Assembly (NCBI GenBank): GCA_963821525.1
Contig: CAWGED010000005.1
Coordinates: forward strand, 736,001-800,000
DNA: 64,000 bases
Origin: an uncultured Gemmatimonadales bacterium
GTDB lineage: Bacteria > Gemmatimonadota > Gemmatimonadetes > Gemmatimonadales > GWC2-71-9
Reading direction: 5' to 3'
In this document: positions 29,641 through 39,549 of the stretch, piece after piece
Layout: each line of letters opens with the position of its first letter
Position numbering within the stretch: the stretch's first letter is position 1
Notes under the pieces: model-generated
Seen by the model: only the letters and a program-made list of their open reading frames with translations
Database searches by the model: none
Told to the model about the DNA's origin: nothing
Program-made: the position numbers and the translations under genes

Positions 29641-31947
29641 CTACTTCATGCAGTACACGTAGTACTGGCCCTCGTGCTCCTCGGCCCCTTCGACCTCCTT
29701 GGCGAAGCCGGGGAACTGCTCGCCGTATTCCTGGAGCGTACGGACGAAGGTGAGCCAGGGACCGTCGCCCGGGCCGATGTTCTCACCCGGCATGACGATG
29801 GGGATGCCGGGAGGGTAGGGGATGACGCCTACCGCGACGACCCGGTTCGACATTTCGCTGAGCGGGACCTTCTCGACGTCTCCCGCCATGAGCTGCTGGA
29901 AGGCCTTCCGCGGAGTCATTTCCGGCGTGGGAAGCGATTCATAGGCCAGGGCCTGCCAGTAGCCGGTGCGGCTTTGCCGCATGTGGGCCCACATCTCGTC
30001 TCCCAGGTCGCGCATGCCCATGCCGGCGTAGCGCGCCGGCGCCTTCGCTACCAGGCCAGGCAACACCTCGGCGAGTGGCGCATTGCGGTCGTAGTCGGCC
30101 TTGAAGTCCAGCAACGTGTTGATCAGAGTGCCCCATTTGCCCTTCGTGACGCCCACCGAGAAGAGGAAGAGCACCATGTGATCGGTGGTGCGCGAGGGGA
30201 CGATGCCGTGGCGGCCGAGGTAGGCAGTGACCAGGTCGGCCGGAATGCCCCACTTCTCGAGCTTGCCGTCCCGGCCCATGCCGGGGCAGACGATGCCGAA
30301 CTTGATGGGATCGAGCAGGCAATAGCCGTCCGGCAATCCCTCGAACCCGTGCCAGTCCTCCCCGGGATGCAGAACCCAGCAATCGGGATCGGTGGCCAGC
30401 TGCTCGGCCGACGCCTTGTAGAACGGCACCCGCTTGCCGGTTTTCCGGTCCTTGATCGTGTCGGCGTTCCAGGGCGCGAAGAACCACTGCTTCTTGGCCT
30501 TGAACTCCTGGTAGAACCGGGCGACGAGGAGACGGCAGGCCACCGCTTCTTCGATCACGCCCTGGGTCAGGGCCAGCCCGCCAGGTCCATCCATCATCGC
30601 CGCGGCAATCTCGTTTGAGGCGATGAGGGAGTAGAGCGGCGAGGTGCTGGCCTGGGCGCAGTAGGCCTCATTGAACCGGCCATGATCGATCGAGCCCCGT
30701 CCGTCCCGGATGTGGATGAACGAGGTGAGCGACAAGGCGGCCAGCAGCTTGTGGGTCGAATGGGTGGCGAAGACCGTCGGGTCGTCTTCGGCATGAGTGG
30801 ACGGGTCACCCCGCATCGCGTACCGGTCCCGGTACATCGGGTTGAACCGGGCGTAGCCGTACCATGCCTCGTCGAAATGGACCCGATCCGAGCTTTGCCC
30901 CAGGAGGTCCTGCACCTTGGTTGCGTCGTAACACATCCCATCGTACGTGCAATTGGTCACGACCGCGTAAACCGGCTTTTCATGCGGGGCCTGCTTCACC
31001 AGGGGATTGGACGCGATCGCCTTTGCGATGGACTTGGGGGAGAGCTGTTGCGGGGGGATCGGGCCGATGATGCCGTAGCGGTTTCGGGTCGGCCTGAGAA
31101 AGACGGGGATCCCGCCGGTGATGGCGAGTCCCTGCTCGATGGACTTGTGGCAGTTGCGATCGCAGAGCGCGATCTCGAGATCGCCGACGCAGGCGGACAT
31201 GATGGTCCGGTTGGACCCCGAGGTGCCGGCCTGCACCGAGTATGTCCGGTGGGCGCCGAAGACCCGTGCCGCGTACTTCTCGCTCTCGCCAATGGGGCCG
31301 CTGTGGGTGAGGAGCGCGCCGAGTCCCCCGCGCTCGATCCCCATGTCGGTGCGGAAGAGATTCTCGCCGTAGAAATCGAAGAACAGGCGGCCGACCGCGG
31401 ATTTGGTAAAGGCGACCCCACCCTGGTGGCCGGGCGCCGCCCAGGAGTATTCCCGCTCCCGGTTATAGGCGGCGAGAGCCGCGGTGAACGGGGGCAGCAA
31501 CACGTCGCGGTAGCGTTCCATGGCGGTGATCACCCGGCCCGCGATGAAGCCCGACGTGTCCTCGAGCAGCCAGACGAACTCGTCCGACAGGGTCGCCACT
31601 TCCGGCGTGAGGCTGCCGGCTATCCCTCGACGATCCGCCAGCAGGAAGATCGGGATCTTGGCGTTGCTGGCACGGATCAGCCGGAGCAGCTCCGTCGCCT
31701 TGGCGTGCGACCTGGCGTCGTTCTTTCCGGCGGTCCAGTTGATCAGGATACAATGCAGCCCCGCATCGGAGCCTGCCGTGGCGCTGCCGTCTTCCAGCGA
31801 AAGGGCTTCAACGACATCGACGCCGCGCGACACCAGCTCCTCGGCAAGTGCCCGGACGGCTCGGCCCCCGGCGGTCTCTGGCTGGGCGAGCTCGTCGTCA
31901 ACAATAAGCACCCGCCAGCGTAGCTGAGCGCGCTGTGGTGTAATCAT
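29641..31947 (-). CDS. adiA: Biodegradative arginine decarboxylase
   Basis: YSWAAPGHQGG, RTDMGIER, GTSGSNRTIM, VVTNCTYDG, THSTHKLL are the AdiA-type signatures. Confidence 0.9.
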   Translation of the reverse strand: MITPQRAQLRWRVLIVDDELAQPETAGGRAVRALAEELVSRGVDVVEALSLEDGSATAGSDAGLHCILINWTAGKNDARSHAKATELLRLIRASNAKIPIFLLADRRGIAGSLTPEVATLSDEFVWLLEDTSGFIAGRVITAMERYRDVLLPPFTAALAAYNREREYSWAAPGHQGGVAFTKSAVGRLFFDFYGENLFRTDMGIERGGLGALLTHSGPIGESEKYAARVFGAHRTYSVQAGTSGSNRTIMSACVGDLEIALCDRNCHKSIEQGLAITGGIPVFLRPTRNRYGIIGPIPPQQLSPKSIAKAIASNPLVKQAPHEKPVYAVVTNCTYDGMCYDATKVQDLLGQSSDRVHFDEAWYGYARFNPMYRDRYAMRGDPSTHAEDDPTVFATHSTHKLLAALSLTSFIHIRDGRGSIDHGRFNEAYCAQASTSPLYSLIASNEIAAAMMDGPGGLALTQGVIEEAVACRLLVARFYQEFKAKKQWFFAPWNADTIKDRKTGKRVPFYKASAEQLATDPDCWVLHPGEDWHGFEGLPDGYCLLDPIKFGIVCPGMGRDGKLEKWGIPADLVTAYLGRHGIVPSRTTDHMVLFLFSVGVTKGKWGTLINTLLDFKADYDRNAPLAEVLPGLVAKAPARYAGMGMRDLGDEMWAHMRQSRTGYWQALAYESLPTPEMTPRKAFQQLMAGDVEKVPLSEMSNRVVAVGVIPYPPGIPIVMPGENIGPGDGPWLTFVRTLQEYGEQFPGFAKEVEGAEEHEGQYYVYCMK

Positions 31948-32475
31948 CGGGATCTCTCTAGTGATGATCTGACAGCAACAATTCGAAAGACGAATCCGGT
32001 TTCACGATCCCCGAGCGCATCTGATCTCGAGGCAACCTGGTCCGCACCGCAGGAGGACAAATGGAGGTTCCTCTCGGGGAATTGCGGGATATGTGAAGAC
32101 GAGAGCATGTAGCACGCTCCCGGTTAGCAGCCCAGACAGATGTCTCTAGGCTCTTCGAAGGTGCAGGGATCGGGATGGACTCGCAATGACTTTGGGCCTG
32201 CCCAAAAGGATTACTCGGACTTGAGGGACCTGGGCCGGATTGGCCCTTGCTTCGACTCGCAACGTGAAACCTCGGGACTATTTGATCTATGCCTTGGTCT
32301 GGTTAGCAACTAAGAGGATGGCATCCACCAAGTTTGCCGAAGTGCCGGGACTGGCCGAGGATGGGCAACGTGACCGATGGCCATTCGGTCCGCTGATTGG
32401 GATTCGGCGGACAGAATCGGATAGCTCTCCCTGGAGAATCCGGTATTGTGGTCGCGACTCCTTCGAGACACGAGC

Positions 32476-32952
32476 ATGGCCACTTTCCGTTACGCTGGTA
32501 TTACCAAAGCTCTCGCCGACGAGGTCCGGCAGACTCGCCGCTCGCCGCAGTACGGGCACCCAGCCCACCAGGAACTGGCCAAGGGCACCGGCCCCTGTCG
32601 CCTTTGCCTCAGGACCTTCGCGGTGGGAGAGGAGGAGCGGATCCTCTTTACCTACCAACCGTTCTCAGAACCCGGTAGTCTGCCGGCGCCTGGCCCGGTG
32701 TTCATCCACGCCGAAACCTGCCAGCGCTACGACGCGCCGAGTCTCCCCGACGATTTTCGGAAACTGCCCATGGTGATCGAGGGATACCTGGTGGAGGGGA
32801 AGCTCGCGATTCAGACCCGGGTGAACGGGACGCCTCCCGAACAGGTGATCAGTGAGGCATTCGCGATACCCGGTGTCCGGTACGTACATATAAGGAATGG
32901 AGAGGCCGGCTGCTTCATGGCGCGGGTGGATAAGGAAACGGGCGACGACTGA
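32476..32952 (+). CDS. DUF1203 domain protein
   Basis: PCRLCL, YQPF, GPVFIHA..C, YVHIRN..GCF. Confidence 0.85.
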   Translation: MATFRYAGITKALADEVRQTRRSPQYGHPAHQELAKGTGPCRLCLRTFAVGEEERILFTYQPFSEPGSLPAPGPVFIHAETCQRYDAPSLPDDFRKLPMVIEGYLVEGKLAIQTRVNGTPPEQVISEAFAIPGVRYVHIRNGEAGCFMARVDKETGDD

Positions 32953-33000
32953 GTGTCGCCGCCCGGTCCCGTGTGCTCGTTGTTTTCGGTCCGTTCCGCG

Positions 33001-33372
33001 GTTTTCGGGTTAATGCGCGAACGCTTTGATCCGCGATCTTCCCCCCTTGGGGTGGGGGACGGGATCGCGTTTTTGGGATGTCCAGTGCGAGCGATTCGCA
33101 CCATCTCTCGGGGAGCAAGTCCGCGCGTCGCCGATGCCGCGTACTGAAGTATTTCGGTTAACCTCTCAATCGGCTCTTCTTCGATATTCCCCCGTTGGGG
33201 TGGGGGGCGCATCCGCGTTTTCCTGCACCTTGAATCCTGACTCCAGCTGGATCTCGGTCGGCTTCCGCAGTAAGTAGCAGGAAAGGTGTCGCTTCCGCGG
33301 CTTTTCGATTACCACCGCATCTTCCCCTTGTTCGATATTCCCCCCTTGGGATAGGGGGCGTGCTCGCGTTTT
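33001..33372. repeat. Three-unit interspaced array: 40-nt G/C hairpin repeats at ~150-bp period
   Basis: Repeats at 33034-33073, 33182-33221 and 33333-33372 align without gaps (33-34/40 identical by hand count); a TTTCG..TTA box lies 21 nt before each. Confidence 0.85.
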
Positions 33373-33383
33373 CATGCCCTTGA

Positions 33384-33956
33384 TCACGACTCCGCCGAGT
33401 CCGCCACGACGGAGAACGTCTTCCGTCCCCGCGCACCGGCTGCGAGGCCCGCGGCGAAGCCGAGGAAGACCGCTCCGCTGAGGATGATGAGCGATCCGCC
33501 GAGCCCCGGCTTGGCGGACATGAGCGCTACGACTCCCAGGCCGATGCCGGTCCGAAGCCAGGCCGACAGCAGCAACACGGGGTCTTGGAGCTGGCGCCGC
33601 AGGGCGGGGGAGAGCGCACCTTCGCCCGACAGTTCCTTCGCCATCGAGCCAATCCGGCGCCCGGTGACCACCGCTCCCAGGACAGCCATCGTGACCAGTC
33701 CGATCAACCCAAGGATGATCCAGGGCTGGGATCCCCACCGTGTCACGGTCAGGTAAATACCGGTGATGATGAGGGTGAGGCCGGAGGGACCTCCCACCCG
33801 GCGAAGGCCCTGGAGTAACCCCGCCCAGTCCCGGAACTGGCCGACCGATCGGGCTCGGCGGAGATTGGAGAGGCCGGCCCACTCCAGGGCGAGGGCGGCG
33901 AAGAGACCGAGTGCGCCTACGATGTGGAGAAACAGAGCGGCGTAGTACAGAGACAT
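33384..33956 (-). CDS. Multi-pass membrane protein (DUF2269-like)
   Basis: LFLHIVGA, IITGIYL, LMSAKP; GGAG SD; divergent from the TetR gene. Confidence 0.75.
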   Translation of the reverse strand: MSLYYAALFLHIVGALGLFAALALEWAGLSNLRRARSVGQFRDWAGLLQGLRRVGGPSGLTLIITGIYLTVTRWGSQPWIILGLIGLVTMAVLGAVVTGRRIGSMAKELSGEGALSPALRRQLQDPVLLLSAWLRTGIGLGVVALMSAKPGLGGSLIILSGAVFLGFAAGLAAGARGRKTFSVVADSAES

Positions 33957-34023
33957 GGGACCCTCCATGACAGTGCAATCTGAAGCGAAGCCACGGCAGT
34001 GCCGCCGAAGCGGCACTCTATAT

Positions 34024-34048
34024 TTAGTTGTACTGTACGTACAATTAA
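34024..34048. promoter_or_regulatory. Putative TetR operator
   Basis: TTAGTTGTAC-N5-GTACAATTAA inverted repeat (9/10) in the AT-rich divergent spacer. Confidence 0.6.
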
Positions 34049-34060
34049 AGTAGGCGTTTC

Positions 34061-34690
34061 ATGACTCCTCGCCCCTATCGCCAGGGCCGGCGCCAGCTCG
34101 CCGCCCAAAAGACCCGCGCCAAGGTCCTCCGCGCCGCCCGGTCCCTCCTGACCGGGAGGGGAACCGAACGTTTCAGCCTGGACGCGGTCGCTGAGCGGGC
34201 TGGGGTGGCCCGGATGACGGTCTATTACCAGTTCCGCTCCCGGCGGGGGCTGATCGAGGCGCTCTTCGACTCGTTCGCGGAGGGAGGCGAACTACCGGAG
34301 CAATTAGGAGTTGCGTTTCAGCAGTCGGATCCTGATCAGGTCCTGGCCGGTGTGGTCAGCGCCTTTGCCCATTTCTGGCAGGCCGGACGGACCTGGGTCC
34401 GCCGGGTGCGAGCCCTGGGCGTGCTGGACGCCGAGCTGGGAGCGGCGATCGAGGCGCGGAATGCCCGGCGGCGTCAGGTGATGCGGACTGTGATGGAACG
34501 CATGATACAGCGACGGGGCCGTCCGTCCGCCACCGAACGGGCCGAGGTGGAGGAGGTCCTGTACGCGCTGACCAGTTTCGAAATGTTCGACGCGCTGGCG
34601 GGCCCGAAGCGAAGCCTCGAGGATATCGCCCCGACCGTGCTGCGGCTGGCCCGGGCGGCGCTTAACCAGCAAGACGGATCTCGCCGGTGA
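34061..34690 (+). CDS. TetR/AcrR family regulator
   Basis: SLDAVAERAGVARMTVYYQF HTH. Confidence 0.93.
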   Translation: MTPRPYRQGRRQLAAQKTRAKVLRAARSLLTGRGTERFSLDAVAERAGVARMTVYYQFRSRRGLIEALFDSFAEGGELPEQLGVAFQQSDPDQVLAGVVSAFAHFWQAGRTWVRRVRALGVLDAELGAAIEARNARRRQVMRTVMERMIQRRGRPSATERAEVEEVLYALTSFEMFDALAGPKRSLEDIAPTVLRLARAALNQQDGSRR

Positions 34691-35655
34691 CGGCTCGCAG
34701 CGATCATTTCGATGGCCGGCGGTTCTTCAATCCGGGCGGCGCGAATGGCCAGCCTTTCTGGAAGGCACCATCCATGCTGCTCACGCCAAGAACCCGGTGG
34801 CCGTCGAATGTTCCCGTTGACCAGAAACAGCCGCCGCAGGCTGGGCCGGGAGATGTTGTCGTCACGTTCATCGGCCACGCCTCCTTTCTCCTGCAGATTG
34901 GGGACATCAAACTGCTGATCGATCCGGTCTATTCCGAACGAGCGAGCCCGTTTTCCTTCATCGGTCCCCGCAGGGTACGGGCGCCGGGAGTACGATTCGA
35001 CGATCTGCCTCCGATTTCCTGCGTGCTGTTGAGTCACAATCACTACGATCACTGCGACCTGCGGACTCTGCGCGCTCTCGACCGGCGCTTTCACATGCCG
35101 ATCGTGACGCCAGTCGGCAATCGGCGACTGCTCCAGTCAGCCGGCATCGAGCACATCGAGGAACTCGACTGGTGGGAGAACGCTCATACCGCACCGCTCC
35201 CCGTCACGCTCACCCCGGCCCAGCACTTCTCGGCCCGCCACCCGTTCGACCGGAACCGTGCGCTGTGGGCAGGGTTCCTGATCGAGGCGTTTGGCCGGCG
35301 GATCCTGTTCGCGGGAGATACCGGGTATGGCGCGCATTTCCGGGAGATCGCGGCGCGGTTGGGCCCGATCGACTTCGCCTTGATCCCGATCGGAGCCTAC
35401 GAGCCGCGCTGGTTCATGAAGGACATCCATATGAATCCCGCGGAAGCCGTGCAGGCGCACCTCGATCTTGCGGCGAGGGAAAGTCTTGCCATGCATTTCG
35501 GGACTTTTCAGTTGACACCGGAGGGCTTAGACGACCCTCCTCGTGAACTTGCGAAGGCATTACTCGAGCGGGGCGTTCCCGCGGAGCGATTCAGGACCGT
35601 TGCGGTGGGCGAGTCAGTTTTGGTTAGGGCGGCGCCAGACGCGATAGGTGGGTGA
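34687..35655 (+). CDS. MBL-fold hydrolase (RomA/NAPE-PLD-like)
   Basis: SHNHYDH, PAQHFSAR, FAGDTGY, PIGAYEP, MHFGTF. Confidence 0.92.
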   Translation: MTARSDHFDGRRFFNPGGANGQPFWKAPSMLLTPRTRWPSNVPVDQKQPPQAGPGDVVVTFIGHASFLLQIGDIKLLIDPVYSERASPFSFIGPRRVRAPGVRFDDLPPISCVLLSHNHYDHCDLRTLRALDRRFHMPIVTPVGNRRLLQSAGIEHIEELDWWENAHTAPLPVTLTPAQHFSARHPFDRNRALWAGFLIEAFGRRILFAGDTGYGAHFREIAARLGPIDFALIPIGAYEPRWFMKDIHMNPAEAVQAHLDLAARESLAMHFGTFQLTPEGLDDPPRELAKALLERGVPAERFRTVAVGESVLVRAAPDAIGG

Positions 35656-36007
35656 GAACGCAGCGCCAGCTCGAGCCCTCGCGGATGAACATGTTGGATT
35701 GCCGTTCGACCTCGCGGAACGCATGGCCGCGAAACTTTCCCGCCGAAACTCCGCTCGCCGTGACGATCGCCGCACTGCCGTAGACCCGGATCTGGACGTC
35801 CTCCGATTCCATGACATCATGGCTTAGCTCTCCGGATTCGATCACAGCCAGGAATGCGGCCCTGTCGATCGTCCGGCCGTCGGAGCCGATGAGGATCCAA
35901 TCCTCCGCCATGTAGCGGCCAATCTCGTCCGTGTCGTTGCGGATCATGGCGGCATCCCAATCGCGCACGACCGCGAGGAGTTCGGCCTCGGGTCCTGAAG
36001 TTGTCAT
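35624..36007 (-). CDS. DUF4440/NTF2-like protein
   Basis: WDAAM..ND, IRVYG..AIVT, WRCVLTH; ATGA overlap with the upstream gene. Confidence 0.8.
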   Translation of the reverse strand: MTTSGPEAELLAVVRDWDAAMIRNDTDEIGRYMAEDWILIGSDGRTIDRAAFLAVIESGELSHDVMESEDVQIRVYGSAAIVTASGVSAGKFRGHAFREVERQSNMFIREGSSWRCVLTHLSRLAPP

Positions 36008-36543
36008 GTCGCGTCTCGCTTCCTCAGTCCCCATCCGAACAGCGCCAGGAACATCGCCGGAATCCAAATCCACACAAATTCACTCTTCAGCACCGTCAGC
36101 GCCCGATCGGTGAAGAACCGGGAGACGCCGATCGGGGAGACTCGTATCGGAGTCCAGGGCAGAAAGTATCGAGCGTTGGAGAACGGTGCGAAGAACGCGA
36201 CGCCCAGGCCGCCGTCGGTCATCGCATCGAGGAAACCGTGGCTGGCGGTGGCGAGGAAGAGATAGGCAAACAGGGCCTTGCTACCGAGCCCCGGGAAGCC
36301 GTGCCGAAAGAAGGTAAAGGTGACGAGGCCGGCGAGTGCCGCGGCGAAGGGCAGGGAATGGGTCAGGCCCCGGTGGCCCAGCGGATCTCCGTAGTGGATG
36401 CCGAGGCCGAAGCCGAGGACATCGAGATCGGGCAGCACTGAACAGAGGGCACCGGCGACCCAGAAACGCTTCGGAACTCCCGGCCGGTAGAAGCAGGCGC
36501 CGATACTGAGTGCTGCGATCGCGTGGGAGAACGCTGAGGGCAA
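36004..36543 (-). CDS. YdjM-like membrane metal-dependent hydrolase
   Basis: SH, LPDLD, HRGLTHS, SHGFLDAMTDGG. Confidence 0.9.
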   Translation of the reverse strand: MPSAFSHAIAALSIGACFYRPGVPKRFWVAGALCSVLPDLDVLGFGLGIHYGDPLGHRGLTHSLPFAAALAGLVTFTFFRHGFPGLGSKALFAYLFLATASHGFLDAMTDGGLGVAFFAPFSNARYFLPWTPIRVSPIGVSRFFTDRALTVLKSEFVWIWIPAMFLALFGWGLRKRDAT

Positions 36544-36716
36544 ATCGATTCTCCGGCTGGGGCGCCTACTCCGTAATCACCCGGCTCCGCCTCCACCAGC
36601 GAACGAAGATCCTGGGATCCCGAACGTGGCCAGTTGCCAGATCCGCGTCGCGCGCCTTGCACTCATTCGACTGTGCTGCAACGGTTGCTAGGCGCCGCGG
36701 GCTCGGGGGCAAGATG

Positions 36717-37465
36717 CTACGCGCTCGCAGACAGCGACGAAACGGGCCGCAGCAACTCAGGCTTGAAGAACCGGCTCGCAAGGGCCGCCAAGATGATTGG
36801 CGTGAAGCCGACCACGACGGCGTGGACCAGCAGGCCCGCATTGCCGATCACCCCGGCCTTGTAAAGCCGTATCCTATGAAAAGGAAAGCATGGGTGACGG
36901 CTCCGGAGACGTACGACACCCCACGACCTTGCCGCTGTATGGCCCGCGAATCGCGGAGACGTAATGACGCAGACGGAGAACGGATAAACAAGAAGACGGC
37001 GCTCCACAGACCGGTGTTGTAAGAGCGGCGGCGATGCCCCCCGCGGTGTGCACAAGACCGTTGGCGAAGAGCAATCCCCAGAAGCTGAGGCCGATGAGGA
37101 GGTTGCGCTTGCAGAGGTACGCCGCGAGCGGTGCCCCGAACCACATGAGAGCGATGTTCACCGTCGGGTAGAAGGCCAGCGGAATAGGGCAGTCCGGATA
37201 TGGCTGAAAGCCTATCTTCTGGCAGATCATTTCCTGGATTGAGTAGTTAAAGCCCAGCGTCGGCAGGCTGTATTCTTCGAACTGATGAATCCAGTAGAAC
37301 GGCGCGGCAAGCCACGCCAGCCACGTGGATCACGCCAGCGTGACACCGTGGTGTTACCACGGAATGTGTCGGTCAGCAGCAAGATGGGGACCATCACGAT
37401 AGCTCATCCCAGCCCTATGAAGGGCCACACGGAGTAGAACCAGTGTGTTTGCGCGGTGCTCCCTA
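36717..37465 (-). pseudogene. HXXEE-domain membrane protein with several frameshifts
   Basis: WFYSVWPFIGLG, YWIHQFEEY, ANGLVH, YNTGLWSA spread over different frames; no clean start. Confidence 0.7.
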
Positions 37466-37539
37466 TTGTTGTGGTCGTGGCCTTTGTGAGCGACCTAACC
37501 TGATCTTCTGCTGCGCCATCTTGCCCGAGGGCTTCCGCC

Positions 37540-37684
37540 ACCGACGCATAAGTACCACCGCCTCGCCCAGCAGGTAGATCTGGACCTGGTGCCCTGCCTC
37601 GGCGAGGGCCAGGCCGTGAGAGAACGGGAAGGCGGCCTTGGTGGGATCATCCGAGCCACAGGCGCGCTTGATCAGAATCTTGAG
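37540..37684 (-). pseudogene. Truncated DsrE-family fragment
   Basis: KILIK..GSDDPTKAAFPF.HG.ALAEAGH.VQIYLLGEAV; lacks start and C-terminal half. Confidence 0.7.
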
Positions 37685-37792
37685 CGGGGCCGCGCGAATT
37701 CTCGACGGCGGATGCCGGTAGCAGTGCCGCAAGAGGTCACGGGAGCTGGGCGAGTAGCTCCGTCGCGCCATGGAAACCTCCCGATGGAACGG

Positions 37793-38167
37793 TTACCGGG
37801 ACTTCGGTGGTTCCTGGTAAAGGCCGATGATGTTCCCGCCCGGATCGCGGAACCGCGCCGTGATCTCCGGTGCATCGACGCCCAGTGGCTGCACGATCGT
37901 GCCCCCGGCCGCGACAACGGACTTCACGGCAGCCTCGACGCTATCCACCATGATGTAGAAGAGCAGGCCGGGTGCAGGCGACGCTGGACGACCGATAACC
38001 CAGGCTCCGCTCACTTCACCCGTCGTATCGTCGAATGCGGTGGCTCCGTCACCCCGCTTGCGAATGTTCCAGCCAAACACCTTCGAATAGAACTCGGCGG
38101 ACTTGGCCACGTCCGTCGCGGGCATTTCGAGGTAGCAGATCTTGCCGTTTCTGTTGGTAGGGGACAT
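37793..38167 (-). CDS. VOC/glyoxalase family protein
   Basis: ICYLEMPA..SAEFY..VFGW, FRDPGGNIIGL. Confidence 0.9.
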   Translation of the reverse strand: MSPTNRNGKICYLEMPATDVAKSAEFYSKVFGWNIRKRGDGATAFDDTTGEVSGAWVIGRPASPAPGLLFYIMVDSVEAAVKSVVAAGGTIVQPLGVDAPEITARFRDPGGNIIGLYQEPPKSR

Positions 38168-38173
38168 GAGGGG

Positions 38174-38210
38174 ATTGGTAATTGGAAATTGACAATTGGT
38201 AATTGAAAAT
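38174..38210. repeat. Heptamer tandem repeat ATTGGTA-like
   Basis: attggta attggaa attgaca attggta attgaaa. Confidence 0.75.
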
Positions 38211-38273
38211 AGACCCGACCTTGGCGATCACCCAGATCTCTGATGATGGAAGGCGGTCCTTTCGCAGTTGTCT

Positions 38274-39549
38274 CTACGGCCGAAAGATATCGGCGAGCCG
38301 GGCGATGTAGATATCGCTATTCCCGTTCCTGTCGTCTTCCCACACCAGGTAGTCCTGTGAAATCCAGGGGAGCCGCTGCGAGGAAGCGAGATTGGTGACA
38401 CGTACCTGCCTCCCGGCGTCGAGATCGTAGGCGTAGATCTCGTCGTTTGCGCTCATCCACGCGATACGGGCGCCCCACATCGTGAGCGCATTCTCGAAGG
38501 AATCGGCGTTCACCGGACGCTCGTGGTCCGACCGGTTGAAGTCGTACTCGTAGAGGCTGAAGAGTCCTCCCCGACTGTCGCCCCAGACGATGCGATCGCC
38601 GAAGATGGCGCTGCCTCGCGCCAGGGTGGTACCCTCGGTGAGGCGGGTCTCGATTCCTGTCGAGAAGTCGTAGGTGTAGAGGTCCCACCAGGTCCCGTGG
38701 TTCCGCTTGTCCGACCAGGTCGCGCTGTCGCCGAAGATCGCCGGATCCGCTTGGTCGGTGGTGTCGGTGGTGAGCCGAGTCTCCTTCTTGGTATTGAAAT
38801 CGTAGGTGTAGATGTCCCAGTTGTTGTTCCGGTTCATGTGCCAGGCCGCCCGATGGCCGGACAGGGCCAACCGACCGAAGCCGTAATTGCGGTCGGCGGT
38901 TGCGAATTGTGTTTCCTGTCCGGTGTTCAGGTCGTAAGTCAGGAGTTGCCAGTCCCCTGTGGGGGGGAGCCGGACATATATCACCCGATCGCCGTCGATG
39001 GTTGGGATGGTGTTGTCGGTATTTATCGGCGTGAGCGTTGTGGTGTCTCCAGTGACCAGGTCGAGGAGGACGACGGCCTTATTTCCAGGCGCTAACCAGT
39101 CCCCGAAGACCACCCGGTTTCCCGATACTGAAGGGAAATCCTGAGTATTAGGAGCATCGGTCAGCCGGCACCAGGAGTCGAGCTGGGTATCGGGTTTGCA
39201 AAAGGTGATGGCGGGGACGACGTGAAAGGAGGCAGTGCCGGTGACGCCTGCCGCGCTGGCCCTGACCGTCGCGGAGCCGCCGGCGAAGCCGGTCACAACG
39301 CCGTTCTCATCAACCGAGGCGACGGCCAGGTCGTCGGTGGTCCAGGTTATCGTGACACCACTGACGACCGCCCCGTTTTGGTCGGTGAGGTGCGCCGTGT
39401 ACTGTGCCCGTCCTCCGACATCCAGGGTTGCAGGCCCGGTCACGGTCAGTTGAGCAGGCTGATCGCCGGTCGTACTCGTACTCTCCCCGCACCCAGGCGA
39501 GAAGCACGATTCCAGCGACCAGCGTCAGGCCAACGGGTGCCCGGCTCAC
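38274..39549 (-). CDS. Lipoprotein with an Ig-like (Big_2) domain and beta-propeller repeats; frameshift in the signal peptide
   Basis: GTG 39549 hydrophobic leader then GCGES; WTTDD.AVASVD.NG.VTG; repeated P.I.GD..VW.D.R....DIY.YD...G.E..LT. Confidence 0.75.

Noticed and set aside
32240..32776. 178-aa ORF upstream of and overlapping DUF1203
   Set aside because: Overlaps the real gene in another frame and has no motifs
33034..33372. CRISPR array
   Set aside because: Only three divergent repeats, spacers over 100 nt and no cas genes; kept as an unexplained array
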